From Desulfobacterales bacterium (GTDB lineage Bacteria; Desulfobacterota; Desulfobacteria; Desulfobacterales; ETH-SRB1): DNA of 26,738 nt. This document shows positions 1 through 6,634 of this stretch, one piece after another. The notes beneath the pieces were generated by a model. It was not told the DNA's origin. It did no database searches and was given only the letters and a program-made list of their open reading frames with translations. Where the stretch lies: positions 1 to 26,738 of the forward strand of contig JASEIZ010000001.1 of assembly GCA_030017395.1 (NCBI GenBank), given 5' to 3'. A program made the position numbers and the translations under genes. Position 1 is the first letter of the stretch; each line of letters begins with the position of its first letter.

Positions 1-371
1 CTCCAGAGTGCGCCGGTCGTCTGTTTTAACACCATAAATACCAACGTGCTGTTTACTATATGAAAAATCAGACCAACCGTATGATGCATTCCTGGGATTA
101 ATCCATAGATATGGCAATCAAGCATATGAGAAAGCCAGACCACAGGATGCCAATATGTTGAGCTCTTAAAACTGAAAGCCCACGATATGCCTTCCCAAGT
201 TAGTCCTTTTTGTACAAAATGATTTTTCAGGATATAGGAATCATCATCAAAGTTAATAAACGGATAATTCATCACCTGCCAATAGGCGGTCAGTGTAGCT
301 ATGACGAGAAGCAGACAGATCAAAATATCATAGCGGGTATTAAATATTCTATGTTTATCAGTATTGTTCAT
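1..371 (-). CDS. TMTC-like GT-C membrane glycosyltransferase (paralog 2), 5' part only; runs off the window edge
   Basis: Not in the ORF track; I translated it by hand from ATG at 371: MNNTDKHRIFNTRYDILICLLLVIATLTAYWQVMNYPFINFDDDSYILKNHFVQKGLTWEGISWAFS...YWHPVVWLSHMLDCHIYGL..GMHH. It aligns end to end with the N-terminus of 1201-2382 (FDD, WHP.xWLSHMLD, G.HH). Confidence 0.85.
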   Translation of the reverse strand, partial: MNNTDKHRIFNTRYDILICLLLVIATLTAYWQVMNYPFINFDDDSYILKNHFVQKGLTWEGISWAFSFKSSTYWHPVVWLSHMLDCHIYGLIPGMHHTVGLIFHIVNSTLVFMVLKQTTGALW

Positions 372-412
372 ATCTTCTCGTAGAATATTACGGTTAATTT
401 TTTACAAGTTCG

Positions 413-1261
413 TCACTTTTGTCTATATGGAATGCCAGCTTGATATAATTGCAATCTTTTTGTTAAACCACGGGCAAGTTCTTTAGGGCATTGCGTTAAA
501 GACATATTAAGTCCTTGTTGAGCTGCTTTAACCGCCTTGTCAAATTTACCTGCTTCCGCATAAGCCGCTGCAAGCGCATCCAGAGACAAAGGATGACTAT
601 AGTTTTGTAGCCTGCATAGTTTCTCAGCAAGTTTAACCGCTTCTTTGCCGTTTATAAATTTATTATCTTTATGTGTGGCATATATCCAGGATAGATTATA
701 TAAAGCCTCTGCCATATTCGGACTGATTTGCAATGTTTTTTTGTAAAAGAGAATTGCGTTTTCGATATCTCCTTTATTTGCATAGATCTTCCCCAGGTTA
801 TAGTATGCTCCGCCATACTTGGGGTTTATCCGCAAAGCTTCTTTGTAATGATAAATCGCATCATTAACTTTCTCCTTGCCGGCAAGAAGAACTCCAAGAT
901 TATTGTGAGCTTTGGCATTGTTCGGATTTATCAGCAATGCTTTATTATAATGATAACTCGCATCACTTATCTTTCCTTGACGGGCCAGCGTACAACCCAG
1001 GTTGGCGTGAGCCTCCTCGTAGTTCGGATTAATTTTTAATGCTTTGTAAAATTGAACAACCGCATCATCAAGCTTTCCATTTCTCATTAAAGCATGTCCC
1101 AGTTCGCAATTGGCAACACAGTTATCTTTTGTCACATTAAGAGTATGCTTAAAAATAGTAATTCCGTTTTGCCAGTGTTCTACCTGAAACCATGTGCATA
1201 TCATAAAAAAACAAGCACTATGCCTGAAAATGTCGGCAGTAAAATCCTCCGGCTTTGCCAT
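413..1261 (-). CDS. TPR-repeat C-terminal part of a frameshifted TMTC-like glycosyltransferase (homologous part about 413-1204)
   Basis: It has multiple TPR units (AHANLGCTLARQGK, AHNNLGVLLAG, AYYNLGKIY, ALYNLSWIY). FMICTWFQVEHWQN is the expected last TM helix of the upstream ORF. The first ~17 aa of the ORF call are probably not real. Confidence 0.8.
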   Translation of the reverse strand: MAKPEDFTADIFRHSACFFMICTWFQVEHWQNGITIFKHTLNVTKDNCVANCELGHALMRNGKLDDAVVQFYKALKINPNYEEAHANLGCTLARQGKISDASYHYNKALLINPNNAKAHNNLGVLLAGKEKVNDAIYHYKEALRINPKYGGAYYNLGKIYANKGDIENAILFYKKTLQISPNMAEALYNLSWIYATHKDNKFINGKEAVKLAEKLCRLQNYSHPLSLDALAAAYAEAGKFDKAVKAAQQGLNMSLTQCPKELARGLTKRLQLYQAGIPYRQK

Positions 1262-2382
1262 TTTGTCAATATATCACGCATTCCCCATGCAATTATAATA
1301 AAAATACCAATCAGCGGCACATACGTATATCTGTCAGCCATGCTTTGGCAACCTGTCTGAATCAGCCCGATTACAGGAACAAGCGTACCAAGGTACCAAA
1401 GCCATCCAGTAACAAGATAAGGGAGCCTGCGCGCTGCAAAGATTATTAGGGCCGATACACATAAAAGTAAAATTCCTGCTAACAGCACATTCCAAATCAG
1501 TAACTTATGATATGGATAAAAAAAAGCCAGGTTTATCGGCCAGAACATCTTTATAATATAACCAATATAAGACACAAGCGCATTTGAAATGCGCATCATC
1601 AATGGGATAGATTCCAGAGATGCAACCGCACCACCATGCTGCTGAATAGAAAAAGTAATAATGCTCGAAATTGCTGATAAAGCAAACAGGGGGATCTTTT
1701 CCCAAATTAAAGCGATAAGGATTCGGCAGGCAGAGGTTTGTGTTTTATAAGTCTTTTGTTTGAAACGTGAAAGAGGCCAGAAATCAAGCAAGAGCAGTGT
1801 AAAAGGCAGGGTCACTATCATCGGCTTTGACATCAGCCCAAAAACAAACAAAACAACAAGCAATAAATAATTCGTTTTCGACTCATTCCTGGTATATCTC
1901 ACATATGCCAATATGCTGAGGATCCAAAAAAAGGCACATAATACATCCTTTCGTTCAGCAACCCATGCTACCGATTCCACGTGCAGGGGATGCAATGCAA
2001 AAAGGGCAGCCACAAAACCGCTCGGCCAGACAGCCCCTGTCATCCAATTAAGAAGAATAAATAATAAGATTGTATTGGCTATATGGATCTGCAAGCTTGT
2101 CAGGTGATGCCCCATAGGGCTCAAGCCATAAAGCTCAACATCAAGCATGTGAGAAAGCCATGTAAGAGGATGCCAGTTGCCTGCATAATCAGCGGAAAAG
2201 GCCCAGATGATGCTTTCGCGGTTTAATCCGGCCTTAACGTTTGGATTGTCAATAACGTAAAGTTCATCATCAAAATAAACAAAATCATAATTTATTACCT
2301 GTAAATATACAGAAAGGGTTGCTGCGACAAGAAACAGGCAGATAATTATTTCTTTGCGTCTTATTTTGAAAAAATTATCCAT
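1201..2382 (-). CDS. GT-C (TMTC/protein O-mannosyltransferase-like) multi-TM N-terminal part; ends early at the frameshift
   Basis: Polytopic membrane protein with YFDDELYV, WHPLTWLSHMLD, FALHPLHVESVAWVAERKD, LMSKPM and ADRYTY motifs, typical of bacterial TMTC-like TPR glycosyltransferases. The TGA falls inside a TM segment. Confidence 0.8.
   Translation of the reverse strand: MDNFFKIRRKEIIICLFLVAATLSVYLQVINYDFVYFDDELYVIDNPNVKAGLNRESIIWAFSADYAGNWHPLTWLSHMLDVELYGLSPMGHHLTSLQIHIANTILLFILLNWMTGAVWPSGFVAALFALHPLHVESVAWVAERKDVLCAFFWILSILAYVRYTRNESKTNYLLLVVLFVFGLMSKPMIVTLPFTLLLLDFWPLSRFKQKTYKTQTSACRILIALIWEKIPLFALSAISSIITFSIQQHGGAVASLESIPLMMRISNALVSYIGYIIKMFWPINLAFFYPYHKLLIWNVLLAGILLLCVSALIIFAARRLPYLVTGWLWYLGTLVPVIGLIQTGCQSMADRYTYVPLIGIFIIIAWGMRDILTKWQSRRILLPTFSGIVLVFL
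1205..1211 (-). repeat. T7 homopolymer at the frameshift point
   Basis: The minus strand reads GTT TTT TTA TGA. With one more T it reads GTT TTT TTT ATG ATA TGC (VFFMIC) and joins the two ORFs into 656 aa. Confidence 0.85.
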
Positions 2383-2554
2383 TATTGATTATTTTGAATC
2401 GGCTCTTACTTAAATTTTAAAGGCCGCAGTTAGAACTGTTCAGATAGTTGGGGCTGTCACATAATCGGTCTTAATACAATTTTCCTCCCTACACGCAAAA
2501 CCTGAGCCTGAAATAAAAATTGAACAAAAGACGGCTTTTTTCAGAGGCCTCAAC

Positions 2555-2590
2555 ATAAAAAAGGGAGGTGATTAATCCTCCCTTTTTTAT
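2555..2590 (-). terminator. Intrinsic terminator after pilA (bidirectional form)
   Basis: ATAAAAAAGGGAGG-tgattaat-CCTCCCTTTTTTAT is a perfect 14-bp inverted repeat with A/T tails, about 20 nt past the pilA stop. Confidence 0.85.
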
Positions 2591-2611
2591 TAAATAAATA
2601 TAAATGATAAG

Positions 2612-2989
2612 TTAGCTTAAATTACCAGCGGAGTCAAGTGTATAGGTTGTGGTGGAACCGGTGTGGCTGAATGTCGCATTAGTAGAAATTACGCCGCCGG
2701 TTTCGGAAATACCTGTACCGCCAATAGCAACGTTAGGATCTACAGAGTAAGACGGTGCTCCTGCTGTGCCTAAAGAGGTGCCGGTAGTTGACGTATCGGC
2801 AAAATAAGCCATGGCTGTATTGTAATAATTCTTTCCTGCGGATTGAGCGGCTGAATTTTGGCCTCTTGTTCTGTATGACAGGAAGTTCGGGATGGCGATG
2901 GCTGCCAGGATACCGATGATCGCAATAACAATCATCAGCTCGATGAGTGTAAAACCTTTTTGGTTGTTGCCTCTTAGTTTTTGTAACAT
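2612..2989 (-). CDS. pilA: Type IVa major pilin (125 aa precursor, 113 aa mature)
   Basis: [12 protein letters not shown]|[24 protein letters not shown] is a class III signal peptide with E5. SD AGGAGG precedes ATG 2989, so the track's 3160 start is too long. It lies next to pilSR. Confidence 0.95.
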   Translation of the reverse strand: MLQKLRGNNQKGFTLIELMIVIAIIGILAAIAIPNFLSYRTRGQNSAAQSAGKNYYNTAMAYFADTSTTGTSLGTAGAPSYSVDPNVAIGGTGISETGGVISTNATFSHTGSTTTYTLDSAGNLS

Positions 2990-3020
2990 GTTAAATCCTC
3001 CTTTTTTGTTTGTTTTAATT

Positions 3021-3101
3021 GAGACCTTTGCAAAATTACAGGCGATTTGATATTGCTTAACATTCGTTCGCAATGACAATATAATTTTTTTCAAAGGTCT
3101 C
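3021..3101. repeat. 81-bp inverted-repeat element in the pilA leader; a third arm copy is at 3164-3173
   Basis: GAGACCTTTG at 3021, its reverse complement CAAAGGTCTC ending at 3101, and GAGACCTTTG again at 3164. The arms resemble IS5-type terminal repeats (from memory); no transposase is present. Confidence 0.6.
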
Positions 3102-3138
3102 GCATTATCTGAATTACCTGACTTTTGATAAGTATAAA

Positions 3139-3154
3139 AGCAATTAATATGCCA
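3139..3154 (-). promoter_or_regulatory. Sigma54 (-24/-12) promoter of pilA
   Basis: The minus strand reads TGGCATATTAATTGCT, matching TGGCAC-N5-TTGCW with exact GG-N10-GC spacing. This fits activation by the neighbouring PilR. Confidence 0.85.
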
Positions 3155-3198
3155 TATCATTTTGAGACCTTTGAATTTTGCTGTAAATAGCCTGAATA

Positions 3199-3291
3199 GT
3201 CATTCCGGTGCAAACGGAAATCAATGTATTTTCAAGTCGTTATGGATTCCCGCCCCCCGATAGGATCGAGGACAAGCTTCGCGGGAATGAC
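3199..3291. repeat. REP-like palindrome doublet (GTCATTCC...GGAATC family)
   Basis: GTCATTCCGGTGCAAACGGAAATC (3199) faces TGGATTCCCGC...GCGGGAATGAC (3243-3291). Confidence 0.7.
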
Positions 3292-3454
3292 AAACGGGGG
3301 GGATGACTGTAATAATAAAACCAGCGATTTTCACCAAAGGCATGTTGTATTCACCACTGGCCGAACAGCAAAGAAATTTCTTTTTTTTGAGGAGACCGAG
3401 CAATTTTCCAACGTTCAACCAAATAATTGGGAATGAGTTCCGAGGCGTGTTGGC

Positions 3455-3563
3455 CGGTTCTATGTGACATTCTCGGAAATCCCGCCACACTCCCTTGAGT
3501 TTATGGTCTTTAAATGGTTGTGGCAAAGGTTCAGGTCTGGGTAGTAGGGCGAATTGGAAGCAT
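3455..3563 (-). pseudogene. YafQ/RelE-family toxin remnant
   Basis: MLPIRPTTQ (ATG 3563) is followed, after a frame break, by PEPLPQPFKDHKLKGVWRDFRECHIEP, matching the YafQ DH.LKG.W..FRECHI.P motif. The middle and the C-terminus are missing. Confidence 0.7.
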
Positions 3564-3701
3564 CAAATACGCACATTGTTTAGAGCGCTCATGGTTTGAA
3601 TCTTAACAATTTCCCCACTAATCCGCAGTGAACCTTTATATTTTTGTGCCGTTTGTGCCTTTTTGCGGCCATCACAAATTCTTCGAGCCAGAGATTTATT
3701 G

Positions 3702-3732
3702 TTGACGATATTATACAAAGCTGTATACTATC
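3702..3732 (+). promoter_or_regulatory. Sigma70 promoter of the AbiE operon with an overlapping inverted-repeat operator
   Basis: TTGACG-16 nt-TATACT. GATATTATACA-aagc-TGTATACTATC (3707-3732) is an 11-bp inverted repeat with 1 mismatch across the spacer and -10. Confidence 0.7.
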
Positions 3733-3745
3733 GCAATCAATTATA

Positions 3746-3772
3746 CTGGATTCCGGCTTTCGCCGGAATGAC
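3746..3772. repeat. REP-like hairpin in the toxin 5' leader
   Basis: CTGGATTCCGGCTTTCGCCGGAATGAC is the exact reverse complement of 10528-10554. Confidence 0.8.
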
Positions 3773-3794
3773 AGAAAGGTGGACGGTGTCGTCT

Positions 3795-4673
3795 ATGTAT
3801 AACGAAATAAAGACAAAAAAATCTGAGTTGTTGCAGTTGATTTTACTGGACAACCTTTACGCTCAATCCGGATCAGATCGTATCATTTTTCAGGGCGGAA
3901 CTGCATTAAGATGGGTCTATGGCGGAATGAGGTTTTCGGAAGATCTCGATTTTGTAACCGACTTGCCCAAGGAAGATGTGGAAAACATCTTAGCCGGAAC
4001 ATTTCAAAAAACTCAAAAGGCATGTATCGCCCAGTTTGGTCAGGGGAAATCAGAGCATAATCGTAAAAGCGGTCGGAAAGAAGCGATCAGGATGTTTTTT
4101 ATATATCGACCTGAAACTCACCGTGAAAGAATTGCTGTAAAGTTAGAGTTCGAATTTTTAGCGCCCGGCCAAAAACCGCAGTTTCGAAAATTTATTCTGA
4201 AGGATCTGCCGTCAGTTGCAGGACTGGTCACCAGCGGAAAGCTGATAATTCCATACTCAAGCAGTATCATTTTAGCAGAAACTCCCGAGGAAATCCTGTC
4301 TGATAAAATCAGAGCTCTCTATGAAAGAAGATACCTCAAAGGGAGGGATATTTATGATATCTGGTGGATAAAAAAACAACTAAAAGCATCCCCAACGTGG
4401 ATCAAGGTCAGGGAAAAACTTGTTATGTATCAAGCTCCTTTTGTTCCGGCCAGAGGAGCATCTTACTTTCAACAGGGGGAATCCACCTCAAGCATCATAG
4501 AGGCCTTAAAAAGAGATTTACCCCGTTTTTTGCCACAAAATATCATCGCCATGTATCAGGAAGCAAATTTTAGCTATTTCATCGCTACCCTGAGGGAAGT
4601 CACCTCAGACCTTTTAAATCAGGGAATGGCCGAAAATTTTAAAGATTATGAAAGAAGAAAGATCAACCCTTAA
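3795..4673 (+). CDS. abiEii: AbiEii-family nucleotidyltransferase toxin (type IV TA), 292 aa
   Basis: IIFQGGTALRWVYGGMRFSEDLDF and EEILSDKIRAL..R....RDIYDIWW motifs. The start was moved to ATG 3795 (GTG 3786 is possible) because the longer call runs through the promoter and REP. Confidence 0.85.
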   Translation: MYNEIKTKKSELLQLILLDNLYAQSGSDRIIFQGGTALRWVYGGMRFSEDLDFVTDLPKEDVENILAGTFQKTQKACIAQFGQGKSEHNRKSGRKEAIRMFFIYRPETHRERIAVKLEFEFLAPGQKPQFRKFILKDLPSVAGLVTSGKLIIPYSSSIILAETPEEILSDKIRALYERRYLKGRDIYDIWWIKKQLKASPTWIKVREKLVMYQAPFVPARGASYFQQGESTSSIIEALKRDLPRFLPQNIIAMYQEANFSYFIATLREVTSDLLNQGMAENFKDYERRKINP

Positions 4674-5235
4674 GCGTTTGAAACTCCTTCCCGTCCTTTT
4701 TCGCAAGCAGGATGCGGAAAAATTGACTCCTCATACGGGTATGTTTTTATCACGGGCAGTTAAAAAAGGATTGATCTATCGTATTAATAGGGGAAACTAT
4801 ATCAATTCCTTTCTCTGCGGCCTTCCAGGCGTGGAGGAGACAGCATGTTTTTTAAAACCTCCGGCCTACATCTCCTGCGAATGGGCATTGAATTATCATG
4901 GTATCACCCTGCAGTCTCCCATGGTATGCACCGTTGTAACTCTAAGCACCTCTGTCGGCAAGAAACGAAATATTCAGTATCAGGGAATCACCATTGAATT
5001 TTCAAGGATCACCCCTTCGCTCTTTTTCGGGTTTACTTACAGGGACAGGTTTTATATGGCTTCGCCTGAAAAAGCCATTCTGGACACCCTCTATTACCGC
5101 GGAATGATTCCAGTCCAGGATGAGTTGGAACTGGATAAGGTGGACTTTAATCTCCTTTCAAAAATGGCCAGCAGATATCCTTTATCCGTCTCCCGTTCAA
5201 TAGTTAATTTAAGAGATCAAGTTTCGCACCCTTGA
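4648..5235 (+). CDS. abiEi: AbiEi-family antitoxin / transcriptional regulator
   Basis: N-terminal wHTH-like segment (LSRAVKKGLIYRINRGNY), then PAYISCEWALNYHG, TVVT and MASPEKAILDTLY. It overlaps the toxin stop by 26 nt. Confidence 0.8.
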   Translation: MKEERSTLKRLKLLPVLFRKQDAEKLTPHTGMFLSRAVKKGLIYRINRGNYINSFLCGLPGVEETACFLKPPAYISCEWALNYHGITLQSPMVCTVVTLSTSVGKKRNIQYQGITIEFSRITPSLFFGFTYRDRFYMASPEKAILDTLYYRGMIPVQDELELDKVDFNLLSKMASRYPLSVSRSIVNLRDQVSHP

Positions 5236-5269
5236 TTGCCAAGCCACTGCCATTTCGGCAAGGCAGCTC

Positions 5270-6634
5270 TTAAGTATCGAGTTTTTCAAGCCTGTAGCGT
5301 AGCGAATCAAAGCTTATATTGAGAAGTTTAGCGGCCTTTGTCTTTGAACCATTTGTTTTTTGAAGAGCTTTTTTTATCAAAAGCCTCTCGACCGTTGCCA
5401 GTTCCTCATTAAGATTAATACCTTTCTCAGGAATATCGACATTTAAAGCATTATCCTGATCATGTCCGCTGTCTTCGGGCATAATAAGGTTTTCCGGCAG
5501 GATTATATTAGTAGTCTCAAGCGCCACACTTCTTTCAATAATATTTTCCAGCTCTCTTACATTTCCTGGAAAAGGATGCTGCATAAGAAGCTGAAGCGCA
5601 TAAGGAGAGATCTTTTTAATCTCCTTTTTAAATTCTTTTGAATACTTTTCTATAAAATAGCTTGTCAGCAGGGGAATGTCTTCATTTCTTTCTCTTAAAG
5701 GCGGAATCTCAACGGGAATTACGTTGAGCCTGTAATAGAGATCTTCTCTAAAACCGCCACTTTTAACTTTCTGCGCCAAATCCTGATTTGTGGCGGATAT
5801 AATCCTTACATCCACCTTGATATCTTCTGCCCCGCCTATCCTTCTGAACGTTTTTTCCTGCACCACTCGAAGAAGTTTTACCTGAAGAAACGGCGGCAAC
5901 TCACCGATCTCGTCAAGAAAAACCGTTCCCTTGTGGGCAACCTCAAAAAGCCCGGCCTTATCAGCAGCAGCTCCGCTGAATGACCCCTTCATGTAACCGA
6001 ACAGTTCGCTTTCAAGGAGGTTTTCCGGTATGCCCCCGCAGTTTATAACAACAAATGATTTATCTTTTCTGGAACTGTTTTCATGAATGGCCATGGCGAC
6101 CAGCTCTTTACCTGTGCCGCTTTCTCCGGTAATAAGAATGTTGGTGGCAGTATCCGCCACTTTTTTAACAAGTGAATAGACCTTCAGCATCCCCTTGCTT
6201 TTCCCAATCATATTTCCAAAAGAAAGGCTTTTCTCCACATCCTTCATAAAAACCGCATCTTCCTTTTTAACGTCCTTCCTGCTGAGCGCATCACTTATTA
6301 CAGCCTTGAAATCTTCAACATCGAAATTCTTCTCAAGATAGTCGTATGCGCCTTCCCTCATTGCGGCAACGGCTGTCTCTCCGGAAGCATAAGCCGTGAT
6401 TAATATGACCATTGTTTCCGGTGAAATCTCTTTGATAGCTTTCAAAACATCGATTCCATCGACCTTGGGCATCTTCAAATCGGTAATTGCCAGGTCAAAT
6501 TTATGCTTTTTGCAAAAGCCCAGCGCCTCTTTGCCTCCTGAAGCAGAGGTAACTTCATGCCCTTCTCTGGCAAGCAGGATCTCTAAAAATTCTCTCATGC
6601 CCCGATCATCATCAACAACGAGAATCTTCGCCAT
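5270..6634 (-). CDS. pilR: Sigma54-dependent response regulator PilR
   Basis: REC + AAA+ (GESGTGKE, ESELFGYMKGSFSGA, LDEIGE, PGNVRELEN) + Fis HTH. pilS-pilR-pilA synteny. Confidence 0.85.
   Translation of the reverse strand: MAKILVVDDDRGMREFLEILLAREGHEVTSASGGKEALGFCKKHKFDLAITDLKMPKVDGIDVLKAIKEISPETMVILITAYASGETAVAAMREGAYDYLEKNFDVEDFKAVISDALSRKDVKKEDAVFMKDVEKSLSFGNMIGKSKGMLKVYSLVKKVADTATNILITGESGTGKELVAMAIHENSSRKDKSFVVINCGGIPENLLESELFGYMKGSFSGAAADKAGLFEVAHKGTVFLDEIGELPPFLQVKLLRVVQEKTFRRIGGAEDIKVDVRIISATNQDLAQKVKSGGFREDLYYRLNVIPVEIPPLRERNEDIPLLTSYFIEKYSKEFKKEIKKISPYALQLLMQHPFPGNVRELENIIERSVALETTNIILPENLIMPEDSGHDQDNALNVDIPEKGINLNEELATVERLLIKKALQKTNGSKTKAAKLLNISFDSLRYRLEKLDT

Noticed and set aside
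1201-1203. Selenocysteine readthrough of the TGA in the glycosyltransferase, given tRNA-Sec nearby
   Set aside because: The same frame continues TAT GCA CAT GGT TTC AGG TAG and stops; the TPR part is in a different frame.
2425-2551. Possible IS-end scars (TAGAACTGTTCAG, TTTTTCAGAGGCCTC) upstream of the glycosyltransferase
   Set aside because: Single short matches with no partner arm or transposase, so they cannot be supported without a search.
2990-3160. 57-aa N-terminal extension of PilA
   Set aside because: It spans the sigma54 promoter and leader; a strong SD precedes ATG 2989.
3221-3526. 101-aa and 70-aa ORFs as real genes
   Set aside because: They are patchworks of the YafQ fragment and REP sequence; only the YafQ-like stretch is supported.
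3663-3785. N-terminal extension of the AbiEii toxin
   Set aside because: It translates the promoter and REP hairpin (WIPAFAGMT is REP-derived).
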